From Octopus sinensis (lineage: Eukaryota), in assembly GCF_006345805.1 (NCBI RefSeq), contig NW_021834021.1, positions 1 to 51,486 of the forward strand: a stretch of 51,486 nucleotides of DNA. Direction: 5' to 3'. Both the position numbers and the translations under genes were made by a program. The notes beneath the pieces are model-generated. The model made no database searches. It was not told where the DNA came from and saw nothing but the letters and a program-made list of their open reading frames with translations. Positions 1 through 14,077 of the stretch are shown piece by piece (the first letter of the stretch is position 1; every line of letters starts with the position of its first letter).

Positions 1-173
1 TTTTGACTATTTAAAAGTGTATATTGACAAACATTTTGTGCTTAAAAGTTGCAATAACATCCACTGTAAACCTTTGATAAATATTGACAGAAAATTTTGC
101 CCCTTGTGGGCAAAATTTAAAAGAAAAAATTCTCATAGCCTTCGTGGTTTCATTTAGCCATTTTATTTCCAAA

Positions 174-2328
174 ATGGCCACTGGCCACCACGAGGCTGAG
201 TTGCAAGTCAAGCGTGACGCAGAAACAGAAAACAGGATGCTCTGTTAGCATACGCCGAACCTGACAACTCCACCACCACCAACAGCAACAAATACAAAAC
301 AAAGGTCGCAAGGCCAAGCACCGTCAACACCATCAGTGAGTCCACCACCACCACCAACACCATGGCAGAATCTGCTACTAAAACTGCTATCCCTACTAAA
401 GATATCGCCACCAATAACAACACCAACATCACCATCACCGCCACCAAAGACCGTGCCGTCAATGCTACTAATACTACCAACACCACCGCCGTCACCAAGA
501 ACGACAATAACAACAACAACAACAACAACAACGACGACAACAACAATTCCCTTCAACCACTGCTCACTCCATCACCAACAAGTGAAAAAATAACGACGAC
601 AAGCAAACGAAATGTCGAATTTTGCCCTAGTGCAGGACTAAAGTACGCAGGCAATTTTCCACCCCTTCCTACTTGCACGATCGAACCAAACACACCAATT
701 TTACAAACTGCAGCCAACAACAACATCACCACAAGCAACAACAATAACAAAACAACAACAAATTTCGCTGAGGCGATTAAAGAAAAAAAAACAACAATAT
801 ACTTTACGGCTCACAAATACAGGACACGAACATCAAAATAACAGAATCAGAAGGTATAGTAAAAATAAACATACCAGAAGATATTTTGGAAAATGAAAAA
901 AGACGAACAATCATTTATAAAATACTTAACAAAAAAAAAAAAAATCCAGAGAAGGCCAACACAAGCAAAATAGAGAAGTGCTTGAAACCCATCTGGGATC
1001 ACAAAGAATATGTAACCTGGTGGAACAAATTTGCCCACATACAAGTCGTTTTCTACACCGAAGAGTTAGCTAGACATTTCTCAACGCTAACTCTTCACTC
1101 AGATGAACTCCAACTTACACCAAGCTATCGGGGACAGAAAGTGACTAAGATCACTCTAAACAATGTCCCCAAAATAGCCAATAGTCTATGGCTTGTAAAG
1201 GCCTTATGCGTAAAAATGGCGAATTATACTATTTTGGAAACCACAGTCACAGAGCATAAAAACTGGGTGGGAAAAAAATAGAATTTCTTCTACATATACA
1301 TCATGAAGATATAAAAAAAATACCCACCCAGATATGTGTATCAGACGACCACAAGTTATATGTGGTCGTCGATGGCAGAAGACCACGTTGCTACATATGC
1401 GGCAGTGAGCAACACCTCAAAAAAGACTGCAAATCTGCCGCAAGAAAACAACAGCAACAACAACAGCAGCCGGAAACAAAAACAAATAAACAAGGTTTAC
1501 TACCCACACCACTTTTTGCAGGAACAAACCTCACCAAACCAACAACACCACACCAACTGCAGCACCAAGAACAGAAGCAGCATCACCAACAACAACAACC
1601 AAGAATATACCAACTCCCAAACCAAGGACATCTGCCAAAAAGACACCCAGCAAAAATGAAGAAACAATTACAACTCCAAATCCCCACAAAATTGAGACCC
1701 TAAACAACACAACAATACCCACAATCACTCAAACACAAAATACCCAACCCCACATCCAAAACCGCATACACCACAACCAAACGCTCACCAACCACACCAA
1801 CAACAAAACCAACACAGTCGACAATAGACCCCAATACTTTCCCTCTTCCAGACTCCGATTCGTCTGATCTGTCATTAGACGAAGAAGACACGGAAGATTG
1901 GCAAATAGCCACAGGGGGGAGAAGAAAAAGGGGAAAAAAAAGAAAAGAAATAACAACAAAGCGGGAAGATACACCACTCCCGAAACAAAAACATCCACAG
2001 AAAACACACACATCAACAACACAACACACCATCCATCAAACCCCCAAAAATGTTGACAGCCATAAACACAAACAACCACGACCTAATGGAACACATTAGG
2101 TCAAACACTAACATTACTGAAAACGACATAAAAACAAGTAACCACCCACACACAACACCACAACACATTAAAATAATATACGTGACACAGAACACATACA
2201 GCACCCTGAAATCTCTTTACCCTGATGCAGTAGGGAGATTTCAAAAGTACTCATCGAAAAAACTGTATAAAAGCCTCATAGAAGAAGACCGTGAGGTGAA
2301 AGACAAAGAACTTTCGAAAAACAAGTAA
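174..2328 (+). pseudogene. ORF1 (gag-like, CX2CX4HX4C zinc knuckle), broken reading frame
   Basis: Joinable from ATG 174 via -1 shifts near 230, the A-run 783-791 and the A-run 1272-1278: ...EGIVKINIPEDILENEKRRTIIYKIL...IEFLLHIHHEDIKKIPTQICVSDDHKLYVVVDGRRPRCYICGSEQHLKKDC. The low-complexity T/N/Q tail has a TAA at 1701-1703 and a further unresolved frame break. Confidence 0.75.
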
Positions 2329-2370
2329 CCTTTTCTCTCTCCTTTTCCTTTTTTGCACTTTTATCGGAAC

Positions 2371-5300
2371 ATGCTCAGAATAGGTAGTATAAATGTACGT
2401 GGCTTGGGGTCGCCTTGGAAACAAGGCTACCTGTTAAATGACATCAAGTCACTAAATCTGAATATCATAGCCATCAGTGAGACCAGACTCCACAGCTTGC
2501 GGGCACTCCAGCACATTTTCGGTACACATTTCAACATTTATTTTTCTCCGTGTCTACCGAGAATGGGCGGAGGTGGCACCGCGGTGCTTATCCGGAAGAG
2601 TCTGGATCTCAAAGTAAGAGCAAATTTCCTAGACCCGGAGGGTAGGCTGGTCGTTTTGGATGTCGATGGCAGCAATGAGTGTGCTTTTCGACTGATAGCA
2701 GTTTATGCTCCGTCCTTAACAGGCCGACCAGATTTCTTTCGACGTCTAGAGTCTTTCATGGGAACGTCTCGTCCTTTACTTTTAGTGGGGGATTGGAATG
2801 CCACCCTGGACACGCATCTAGACTACGTGGGCAGAGATAGCAATAGAAGGGGATGCAAATGCCTCAAAGACCTGCTCAGACGTTTCCAACTGTCTGACAG
2901 GTACCGACTGGACCACCCGAATGTGCCAATGTGGACATGGAGTAACCGCATCGGGTCGTCCAGATCATACTTAGATAGAGTATTCTGTAGGACAATAGAT
3001 AAAAATAGTGTAGGTTGTCCACAATTTCATATAGTCAGTTACACAGATCACAAGTTTGTGACTTGTACACTTGACTTAGATAAGACACATAGGCAGGGTC
3101 CTGGTTACTGGAAACTGAACGCGTCTTTTACAGCACGACAGGTTTACAGGGACCGGATCAGCACATTAGTTAAGAGAGCTTTGACGGGTACCATCATCAA
3201 CAACAGATGGTGGTATGCCCTAAAAAAAGCGATTAAAGCAGAATCAGTCAGATACAGTAGAGCCCTAGCATTAGACCGAAATAGAATAGAGGGAGAATTA
3301 GTTAAGGTTTTAGAAGAGGCACTTAGAACTGGCATCGCGTCCAACGTACTGGCGGCGAGATTGGCCCTCGACCAACACCTCAACGCCAAACACGAGGGAT
3401 GCGTTGTCAGAGCTAGGATGCGTGCTCTGAGGAACGAAGGAGTTGGAGCCGCCCAAGAGGCCCGAGTGGTGGAGACGCAACGAGGCAACAGAGCCACCAT
3501 CAAGTCTCTTATAGATGAACAGGGGCGCGAATTGCTCGAGCCTAAAAGGATGTGTGGGGTTTTTCAACAACACTTCACCCAACTGTTTGGGACAAGTGGT
3601 GAGTCAGAAAGCAGAGTGGACTTTAGTGCCTACCTGCATGCCTTGCCACGACTCTCAGCAAGGGAGGTGGAGTCTTGTGAAAAGCCTATCACAGCTGCGG
3701 ACGTACAAGATGCGATGGTAGGCTGCGCGAGAGACAAGTCACCAGGCTTGAAGGTCTGCCCTACGAATTTTATTTTCATATGCCAGACTTGTTTGGAGGC
3801 GTCTTGGCAGCTGTCTACTGCAACTGGCAGCAGAACGGGAGTATTCCTGCTTTTGTAAAGCGAGGAGCAGTGGCACTGATCAAGAAAGACCCAAACAAGG
3901 GGGACGTCATAGATAATTTCAGGCCCATCACTCTGCTAAACGCAGATTTGAAAATTTTGGCCAAGGTGTTAGCCGAGAGGTTGGCGCTTGTCATCAAGAA
4001 ACTAATCGACAAGGCGCAAACATGCGCCGTGCCGGGTAGAAGTATTCATGACAACCTCCATCTGATGCGCTACATCATAGACAGGGTAGTTAAAAATCCT
4101 GGCATGGGTGGGGCGCTGATCAATTTGGATCAATCAAAAGCCTTCGATAGGGTAGACCATCACTACTTGGAGGCTGTCCTCAAAGCGGCTGGTTTCGGTC
4201 CAGTTTTCCGCGGTTGGATCGCTGCCTTATACAGCGGCATCCGCTCAGTAGTTCGCGTAAATGGTCATCTATCCAGACCTTTTAACATCATGCGTTCGGT
4301 TCGTCAGGGATGCCCCCTCTCATCGCTGCTGTATGTACTGACTCTTGAGCCACTACTGCGGAAACTGGCGACGCTGAGGGGCATCCCACGAGAGCTGGGA
4401 TGCGGGAGGAGCGTGTCTGCATACGCGGATGACGTCACCGTCATAGTGTCGAGCTACGAGCACATCGAGCTGGTCGGCGAGACACTGAAAGAATACGAAG
4501 CGGTAACGGGAGCAAAAATTAACCGGGAAAAGTCAGTGGGCTTGCGGCTCGGCACCTGGAGAAGCAAGCCCATGCCGTCCAACAGCGTCTCCATCGTGGG
4601 ACGCTGGACGGACGGACCGGTTAAATTGCTCGGGGTCTGGTTCGGTCCGGACCTCCAAATGGAGAAGAACTGGGGCGAGATAACGACTAGGGTGGCTACT
4701 CTCACCCAGAAATGGACTGAGAGAAAGCTATCCCTAAAAGGTCGGGCGGAGGTGGCGAACGCGTACATCGCATCCGTCATCGAGTATCGTCTGACCGTCG
4801 TGCCTTGTCCCGACCCTACCATCACCAAACTGGAACGCATACTCTTCCGCTTCTTGTGGAAGGGAAACGTTCCGATGGTTAGGCGATCCATTTGCTGCCA
4901 ACACCCGCTAAATGGAGGGCTGGGCATGCCGTGGTTGATGATGCGCAGACATACGCTGAGACTGCGACATCTCCGGCGCTTCATAGACAACGGTGAACAG
5001 GGTGGTCGCCTTTTGTGCGGCGCGCTTTCCCGCAGCTCGTCTCCTTGGACGAACTACAGTCATGGATCAAGCAGAGACCGAGGCTAGGCGAATGGCACCG
5101 CGAGTGTCGCGTTGCTCTCAAGCAACTCTGCCGTCCGGGATCGAACTTGTGCGACTCCATCACAACAAAGGCATTCTATAGAGGATTAGTGGAGGGGAGG
5201 TGCGACGACGAACTCGGGCAGAGTCTGGGCGTCGACGAGGAACACCTGACCCGCCTGTTCAGGACACTTTCGGGCCGGGACCTATGAACAATACCAAAGA

Positions 5301-5804
5301 TCCCTGGCCTGGCAGTGCTATCGAGAAGCATTACCTGTTCGGGATAAGCTCTACAGACACGGTTCCAGACACACTGGACCGACTTGCCCGAGATGCGGTC
5401 AGAGCGACGAAACCGTTCTGCACGCACTCGTGCAATGTCCAACCATTTCCGACCTGTGGGCTTATGCCGAACGGCTGCTGTCACGTGTGGGACGAATCCG
5501 CCTATCGGCTGAGTCTATCGTGAGAATTGCTCCGCCCCCTTCCCTCAACCGGGAAGGCAAGGCAGTTTTCATCGTACTGGTGGCCATGGTGAAAGAATGT
5601 GTGTGGTGGACTCGAGCGAAAGGATTAGAGACAAACACTTACCTCTCTGGCCAATCGCTCATCAACTTTTTCAAGTACCACTTGAAAAGGAAGGTGAGAA
5701 TGGAGAGGGAAGTTTTGTCTCGCGAAAGATTAAAAAAAAGATGGGTGAATGTTGCAAAGATGGTGCGTGCTAGTAACGAAACCATTTTGAGCATGATCCT
5801 GTAG
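2371..5804 (+). CDS. ORF2: apurinic-type endonuclease + reverse transcriptase + C-terminal zinc-binding domain, split by four single-base deletions
   Basis: APE motifs GSINVRG, SETRL, LVGDWN, YLDRVF, TDHK; RT motifs FRPITLLNADLKILAK, LDQSKAFDRV, QGCPLS, YADD; CPRCGQSDETVLHALVQC. -1 shifts at ~3751, ~5001, ~5265 and ~5294; no in-frame stop in the joined frame (~1145 aa). Confidence 0.92.
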
Positions 5805-6106
5805 ATCGTAAAAAAGAAAGAAAGAGAGCATTTTTGACCTCATGTGTTTATTTCCTCCCTGACTGGGGTTCCCGTGGTCTTTTCTGTAGGCTTTTCTTCC
5901 CACGGATGAACCCAATCTTGTTATATCAATGTTTACACCATTATTTCTGTGATACACGATTTTCCTTTTTTTCCTTTTTTTTCCTCCTCTCGACCCCTTT
6001 TGATCGCAATCTTACATTTTTTATTTTTTTCCACCCTCGAAAAGAAAAGCTCTGCATTTGTATTTGTCCCCTCTCTATTCAGCCCTGTGTGGCTAATAAA
6101 AGAAAG

Positions 6107-6469
<363 letters not shown>

Positions 6470-6567
6470 TGGAGATGAATGGATTTATGGTTAGATCGTA
6501 TGTGATCTTTTTCTAGCATATGGCTGTCCACATAGTGGTTTTTAGCCCTAAATATACACATGTATAT

Positions 6568-6601
<34 letters not shown>

Positions 6602-6689
6602 ATATATATATATATATATTAAACAATGATAGTTTTGATTGTTATTTTCATATTTGTGTATGTCTATGTCTCTATTTGTGCGTTATCAC

Positions 6690-6728
<39 letters not shown>

Positions 6729-8578
6729 TATCATCATTTAACATCCACTCACCATACTGGCATGTGTCGGCTGGTTTGACAGGAGATTATGAGTCGGTGA
6801 GCTGCCCCACGTTCCTGTCTGATTTGGCATGGTTTCTACAGCTTGATGTCCTTCCTAATGCCAACCACCCCAGGTGTGTAACTGGTGCTTTCACATGCCA
6901 CTGGCACGGGTGCCACTTGCATGACACCGACAATGTCCACGACTACGATTCACGGATGGTTGCCATTTAAATGGCACCACCAATGACGATAATTCCCAGG
7001 TGCCAATTTACATGGCACCATCAGTGGCCACAATTACGATACCCAGGTGTCATTGACATGGCACCGGAAGCGAACAGCCACATCTATGATGCACGGGTGC
7101 CACTTATAGGACACTGGCACGACCACATCCTTATCATCACTTTGCCTGACATGTCCTCTCTCGCAGAGAATATCACCAGGGCTTTCGGCCACTTGTCATC
7201 TCTTCCATAATGCCCAACGGTTGGAGATCATTCTTCATCAACTCATCGAAAGTCTTCTTGGGTCTCCGTCTTCCAAAGGATCCTTCCACAGTTAGAGATC
7301 GGCACTTTTTGACACAGCTGTCCATGTCCATACACATCGCAAGACCATACCAACGCAGACGTCTTTTTGCACACCCCACTTGATGTCTCCAATGCCCAGC
7401 TTTTCTCTCAAGGCCCCCATACTCTGTCGTACATGCACACTGACATTGTACACCCAGCGAGACATACTGGCTTCATTTCTTTCAAGCCTATGGAAGTCCT
7501 CAGAGAGGTCACATCCCATGTTTCACTGATATGTAACATAGTTGTTTACACACAGGCATCATAACATCTGCCTTTCAATCACAGGGAGACGTTCTTTGTT
7601 ACCATTAGAGTTAAGACCATTCTGAACTTTGCACATCTTATTCTTATTCTTGCAGCTATACTCAAGGAACAACCAACCACACTCCTGACTTGGCCACCTA
7701 GATAGCGGAAACTATCAACTCCCAGTAGCTTACTTACCTGGCAATTGATGGGCTCTATTTTCTCTACATTTGTGCTGTTTATTGTACCTGTGCACCTTCC
7801 ACACAGAAAAACTATTATCCCCGTTAACCTTCCTCTGATATTGCTGCAACACTTATGTGTCCATACCTTACATTGGGCACATCTTATGAACTTCCTACCT
7901 ACGCTTTTTCTACAGATCGAACAGTGCCATCTTCCTAAGGGGATTTGTGAATTGCCCGCTTTCCTACTTACTAAAACTGGTTTTTGTTAGACTAAGTTTA
8001 GGGTCCTTTGATTCTAGCCCTTACTGATATACCTAAAATTTACCTAGTTCTGAAAGTTATTCGGCTATGATAACAAGGTCATCAGCATTGGGGATCTCCT
8101 AGAAGCAGTTCATCTTAAATTCCTCTGTTATTGCCTGGAGGACTCTGATAAACAGGAAGGCGCTGAGGACTAATCCATGATGAACCCCTACTTGTACCCT
8201 AATTCATTGCTACACACGATGCCAAACCTCACCTTACTGACAGCATCCCTGTACATGGCTTGTAACGCTCTCACCAACCATTCGTCCATCCCTAGTTTTT
8301 GCAGTGACCGCCAAATAAGGGATCAAGGGATCCTGTCAAAGCCTTTCTCCGTGTTTAACAAAGGCCCAGTACAAGAGTTTATCTTTGGCTTTGTACTTCT
8401 CCTGCAGCTGCCTTATCAGGAATATAGCATCAGAGGTGCTTCGCTGTGGCACAAAACCAAATTGCATCTCTTCTGGTCTAACACCCGTCCTAATTATTTT
8501 GTCTGTGACCCTCTCTGTAATTTTCATTGCTTCATCTAATAGTTTGATACCTCTGTAATTATTTCCGTGCAAGGCATC
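6690..8578 (-). mobile_element. Decayed, 5'-truncated RTE-clade LINE with (GAT)n tail
   Basis: Minus-strand RT fragments NNYRGIKLL...MQFGFVPQRSTSDAIFLIRQLQEKY (8336-8572) and RRLRWYG...GRRRPKKT (7173-7379); GTGCC/GGCAC-repeat 3' UTR and GAT tail at ~6690-6737. Confidence 0.85.
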
Positions 8579-8774
8579 ATCCTCCCTGTATGTGTGTGTG
8601 GGTGTGTGAGTGTGTGTGCGTGTGTATGTATTTGTGATTATTTGGAATTTGGGTATACATTTAGAAGTATGCTACTTAAAGATCTTTCGCTGATTCGGTT
8701 ACCTCATGTCATCCACAGTTGAGCTATAAGTGACACTGGATCTACTTCATGTATTCTGCAGTGTTCGTTCAGTT

Positions 8775-9230
8775 TATAATGAATGAGGGAAGCAGAAAAT
8801 GGAGTTAATGAGAATTTTTATTCATCACAACGATTGTTTCAATCCATCTTGCATCGGGCCCTTGCAGGTAGGATATTGTATAACTGGTTGTGGGACATCC
8901 TCCGGTGCAGATGCATGTCATCGGGTGTCTTCTTTTAGAGAAGATACCTCTGTAAATATATTCGGTTTCGCTTGGAATGTTGTTGTTGCCAGGAGGCTGT
9001 TGTCTCTCATGTTGTAATCCAAGAAGCTTCTAGCAACAACATGTCAGTTGAAACTGAATGTATTTAGTGAGGTATCTTTACATTAAAACAAGGCACCCGA
9101 TGAGATGCATCTGCACTGGAGGATGCAACACATGTATAGTAGCCCACCCGCAAGCGACCGATGCAAGATGGGTCGAAACGGTCGTTGTGATGCATATTCT
9201 CGTGAACTCCGTTTCCCCAATTCATTATAT
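8775..9230. repeat. Diverged fold-back (inverted repeat), Penelope pseudo-LTR-like
   Basis: 8822-8929 is the reverse complement of 9093-9192 (cacccgatga(c/g)atgcatctgcac(c/t)ggaggatg...ccgatgcaagatgg...gaaac...tcgttgtgatg); weaker similarity extends inward to ~8997/9023. Confidence 0.7.
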
Positions 9231-9662
9231 GTATTTATATATGTAACACTGATGTTTATGTGTGTGTGTGCGTGCGTGCGCATTAGTTTTATGCATGTGG
9301 ACGCTAACCGGCTCAGCAGTTTTATGAACCCCTTATTAATGTAGCAACGTCAAAAGTAAACATTAGAAATCATAATTCTTCTTTACTTGACTTGATCTGC
9401 TAATCATGTGTTTACTCTAGTTCTGTTGCCCTACAACTTACTATAGTGAGGGGCAAATGTAGGACATCTTAATATGTTTATCATGTCTCTAACACACACA
9501 TGTATCAGGTTATAGAAGGTCCTTATGGAATATTTATTTCACTGGCAAACATCAAATGTATTTGATCAGTTTGATCTAGTACCCAGTAGAAAACTGTAAT
9601 GACATTGATATCAACCCTGATTTTCATGTAAATTTTCATTTTCCATTTTTACCTCCACAAAG

Positions 9663-9875
9663 GATTCGGTGAATTTAGAAATTGTGAACAAAGAATATAG
9701 GACACCATTGCTTGAAGCTGTTTCGGACGGTCACCTCGGAATAATGCAGCGGCTGATAGCCAGGGGCGCGAATGTAAATGTTGTCGAACATGGAGGAAAT
9801 AATTGCCTGCATCTGGCGTTAAAAAGAGAAAACAACTTTCATTCTGAGGTGGAGCACATGACCATGTTAGATCAG
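9663..9875 (+). CDS. Host gene exon A (ankyrin repeats, Mind-bomb-like); upstream exons not found in window
   Basis: cacaaag|GAT...CAG|gtaag, phase 0/0; DSVNLEIVNKEYRTPLLEAVSDGHLGIMQRLIARGANVNVVEHGGNNCLHLAL fits the ankyrin consensus. Confidence 0.88.
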
Positions 9876-10423
9876 GTAAGTTTTCACATTGTTTGTGACT
9901 ATGTGTGTGTGTGTGTGTGTGTGTGTGCATTTGTGCGTCTGTGTGTGTGTGTGTGTGTGTGTGCATTTGTGCGTCTGTGTGTGTGTAAAATAGACAAACT
10001 GACAGAGAAAGACAGACAGAAACAGACATTGTTTATATCGCAATTCTCACCTACCAACCCCATCCTCCATTACCATTTCCTGATCCAGTCACAATGGTAA
10101 CCCTTAGTTATATTATTATGTAACAAACACTATTCTCTATTCCGTCCCCTTCCGTCCTCAAAGGCACGACCTCTCCATGGTAGAGAAGGTGATCCATCTC
10201 GAATGTTGGCCATACAAACACGGTCATCAAAATTTGAAGGAGAAATGATCTATTCAAGACAGGAGATATTATTCTGAATTAACAATGATACTGGGTAGAA
10301 GAGAGGTTCATATGATAGACAGTAACATTTATAGTGCTGGGGCCATGATAATAAATACATCTTGTCCATTCCATGAAGAATTCTGCCTGAAACAGCTCTC
10401 TGTCACATTTCTTTTATATAATA

Positions 10424-10770
10424 CTAGCAGCATAGCCCGGCATTGCCCGGGTATGTAAGAGCCCCTAGTAGGCAACGACTAATCCCAATCTAGTCCTTTC
10501 CCTCTAGGGAACGAAGGTGCGTGTGTAGGTTGCAATATCTTCTCTTCACTCGAATACTTCTGTGTATACGATGTTCCTAGCTGTCCCTTTGGGCGATAAA
10601 AAGGTCGAGTTGCATCCTCTAGACAGAAGATGTGTTGCATATAAAAAGTTTAGATTCTCGACTCCATGTCGAATTTATCGATTTTTTTCAGAACTGGGGG
10701 AACTTTTCAAAATTTTCGCTGCGTTAGTTTTGAATTATGACATTGGGCTATTCCCATATGAATAAAGCTC
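10424..10770 (+). mobile_element. 5' part of non-autonomous Helentron/DINE-1-like element
   Basis: Begins at actagc with subterminal inverted repeat cccggca-t-tgcccggg. Confidence 0.45.
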
Positions 10771-11008
10771 ACTACAGATGACTGACTACTATTCAGGCAG
10801 TTGATGGTCATCTGTGTATTGTTGTAATGTCTACTTTGGTGAGAGGAACCTACTCTGACAGCCAGCGACCTCCCCACCTACTGGAATAGTCCATCAGACT
10901 AACACTGAACAAATTATCAACTATGCGTTGGTGTTCTGCCTCAACTGTGACACCGATTCTTACTTCCCTTACTTCACTTTCTTCATCAAAAGATGTTTCC
11001 TTATTAAT

Positions 11009-11600
11009 TCATCATCATCATCATCATGATAATGTATCGACTGTTTTCAAAGCTGGCATGGGTTCGACGCTTTGACAGAAGCTGGTCAGCTGAAAAGCTA
11101 CCTGGGCTCCATATCTCTTTTCGCATTGTTTCGACAGTTGGATGTCCTTCCTAATGCCACCCAATTTACATAATGTACTGCGTGCTTTTCTGCAGCACCG
11201 ACACGGATATTTGTATGTGACACCAACATGGGTGATTTTTCCGAAGCATCAGCACCCATGATCCCACAAGATTAGGATATCTCAGACGAAGAATGATACA
11301 GGGGTCATGACAGTATGCAAGGACAACGACGACTTAGCTTGGCATATCATCTCAAGTACAGCAGACTGCCAAAAGTATCGCTCCCATTTCATCCCCTCTG
11401 TGAGGCCCAACGTCTGACGGTCCTTTCTCACCACATTATTGCACGTCTTTCTGGGTCAACCCCTCCACACATTCCCTCCACAATGAGAGATCACCACTTC
11501 TTGATGAAGCTATCTTCATCCATATGCATCACATAACCATACCATGGTAGACTTCTCTCTTGCGCACAAAATCCGATGCCTTATATACCCTGTTTTTCTC
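11009..11600 (-). mobile_element. RTE-clade LINE 3' remnant
   Basis: Same 3' UTR family and GAT tail as 6690-8578; decayed C-terminal coding on the minus strand. Confidence 0.75.
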
Positions 11601-12379
11601 TCCAATCCACTTAATTAAAGAAACATTATTGATCTGCGTGGATATGTCTATGTGGTGTTGATTTAGTTGTTATGTCTGAAGGCCTTGCTATGTTGTTGCT
11701 GTTCTCTTTTCTGGTATAACTTATATTATTTGTGGTGTTATTCATATCTATAAGACAGTCCTTTGACGAAAATTTTATGCACATTTTGCTTTGGAGGTTA
11801 ATGGCAGCCAAACCGAGGCAAGGATACTAAATGCGTGGTGAGAATGAGACCCGCGATGGTTAAAATTCGCAAGCTATAAGATGTGGTTGCTATGGCAAAA
11901 AGAGTGATTTTTGGATCCCTCTATAACGACGTCTCTCTGTCACTCTTTCTTCCACCACCTCTCTCACTGTACGGCTGTCTGTATCTATAGACAGAAAGCG
12001 AGGACAACCGCAAAAGTTTAAATATTCTCGCCACAGGTCTTTTAGAACGGTGAATTAATATCGCCCACCTCCATCGCACAGTCATAACAGATATTATTAA
12101 ACAGATATATTGTGTTAATTTATATATATACTGTGTGCATATGTGGTTGGATTTGGCTAAAAATATGCACACCTATGTTAAAAGTGCTAGCGAGTTTGTA
12201 TTGGAACTTCGAATTTGCTCAATTGAAAGGCATGGACTCTAGGGCAAAATTCCTCATCTTTTAAAATGTGGCCCGCTTAGACCCGAATGAAATCGGGTTA
12301 TAATACCAAAACGAGTAAAACAATAATAAACTATTTTAATCCCGAACAAGGCCGGGTATGTATTTCTAATCTATCAAAT

Positions 12380-12869
12380 GAAGAAGGCGAACGATGATAC
12401 AAATTGGATTTTTATGTAAAAATATGTGTAATTGGGCCTGGAATGGGATTACAATTTAAAAGAGGGGGTAACTTGCGGTGAGAAATTGTTTGAGAGACTT
12501 TTGGGGCGCTACTGTGGTCGTTTTGGTGTGAAAATAGGGATTTTATTGATTTTGGGGGACAATTGGGGATTTAGATTGGACACCTTTTGCCCGATTTCAA
12601 TCAAATTTTCAACATGGTAAAGTAGAAGATTTGTAATTTAAGCACGGAAATCTAATTTTTTATAAATGGGAGATAGATAGATAGAGAAAGATAAAAAGCA
12701 AGAGAAAGTGAGGGAGAGTCCGAGATAAAGGAAGAGTAAGAGAGTGGGGATGCGAGAGAGAAAGGAGAGAGGAACAAAGAGGGTGAATATGGCGATAAGA
12801 AACAAAGGAAGCAATAGAAAGTAACAATCACACCCTCACCCACGCGTAGAGCGGGTCACCTTAAGCTAG
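12380..12869 (+). mobile_element. 3' part of Helentron/DINE-1-like non-autonomous element
   Basis: ccgatttcaatcaaattt core-like motif, GA-rich tract, end gcgggtcaccttaagctagt; a similar end motif occurs at ~12338-12368. Confidence 0.45.
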
Positions 12870-13375
12870 TACTTATATGTACAATACTCTTCCGTAAGTA
12901 TTTCTCTTGCTGTGGCCATTTGGCTTTATCAAGCCAGTTGTACAGATAGGTTCTTGTTGGTTTGTTGTCTTTCATTATTGTGACATTTCTGTCCTTATAT
13001 TGTGTATATTTGACTTGATGTTATAATAACTTTATATTGTGTTTTTATTGAATAGTTTGTGACATTTGTGATTGGCAAGTAAATATTTACTCATTAAATA
13101 TCATTGTTAAGCAATAACGTTGACCACTAATGTGCGTTTTGTTCAATATAATGATCATAATTTTTGTCTTAATGTAGAACGTAAAGTAAAACAAATGATA
13201 ATGAAAAGTGGACTCAACTAAGAGATGATGTAAGAAATCAACGCTGTGTGAATAGTTTAATCACTGGGGAAACAAACTATGTGTAAATGTAGTTGAACTG
13301 TTGTGTAATTTGGGGCATCTTTAGTATATGTTTGTGTAATCTTTAACTCATCATTTTATATTTCATCATTTGAAG

Positions 13376-13554
13376 TACTTAAAAGATCTGAAACTGGGAA
13401 AGAAAGAAAGGTACTCTGATGTGGTAGTTGCTTGCTACCTAGCCCACCACGGGGCCAACTTTTACTGTAAAAACAAAAGTGGTAGAACACCATTGGACCT
13501 AATAGAAAAGGAAAATTTTAAAAAGACGTTAAATATGTTATTCCCACCAACGCA
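13376..13554 (+). CDS. Host gene exon B (last ankyrin repeat)
   Basis: tttgaag|TAC...CA|gtaagt, phase 0/2; VVVACYLAHHGANFYCKNKSGRTPLDL resembles the Mind bomb VACFLAxxGAD...GxSPLDL segment. Confidence 0.88.
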
Positions 13555-14077
13555 GTAAGTATTCACTGGCAATGACAAGATAAACCATTACATTTTCTGT
13601 TTTGTATATAACCGTGTTTATATGTTTCTATTGTTTTAATTCTACTGATACATTATACTGTCTTAGTGGCTTAATGAAAGGTTACACAACAACAGTAAGA
13701 AGAACAATAAACGATATGCAGTTGTTAAGCTAATTAAAGAAAGAACACTATTTTGATTACATTCAAATGATTGGTTGTGTTGACTGTTATACCTCTCCTA
13801 AAATCCCAACCCACCTCTCTCAGTTCCCTATTTTAAAGATTTGGGACCAATGAGAAAATGTAGAAGTAAATAGTGAAGTGATGGAATTTATCTCTCTACC
13901 AACAGATTATTCCTCTGTCTTCTCTGTCCCAGCCAGTCATGTCCATGTGAGCTATCCTGAGAAAATCGCCTACAAACACATACAATTAGTGTACATACAT
14001 GAATACATACATACATATGTATTTATACATGCATACATAGATACATACATGTATATATATATATATATACATATATA

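Larger units (their letters stand above)
174..6107 (+). mobile_element. Near full-length Tx1/L1-clade non-LTR retrotransposon (ORF1 + ORF2 + 3' UTR); 5' UTR start not determined
   Basis: ORF1 with CCHC knuckle, pyrimidine-rich spacer 2329-2362, ORF2 with APE, RT and C-terminal zinc motif, 3' UTR with AATAAA (6095-6100) running directly into (TATC)n. Confidence 0.93.

Noticed and set aside
92-118. 11-bp perfect hairpin aaattttgccc/gggcaaaattt upstream of ORF1
   Set aside because: Cannot tell whether it belongs to the element's 5' UTR; short hairpins are common in AT-rich DNA
208-2204. Minus-strand V/L/C-rich ORFs
   Set aside because: Shadows of the A/C-rich low-complexity ORF1 on the plus strand
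8773-8867. Candidate extra upstream host exon (cag...cag|gtagga)
   Set aside because: Stops in all frames from that acceptor, no ankyrin similarity, and it lies within the fold-back repeat
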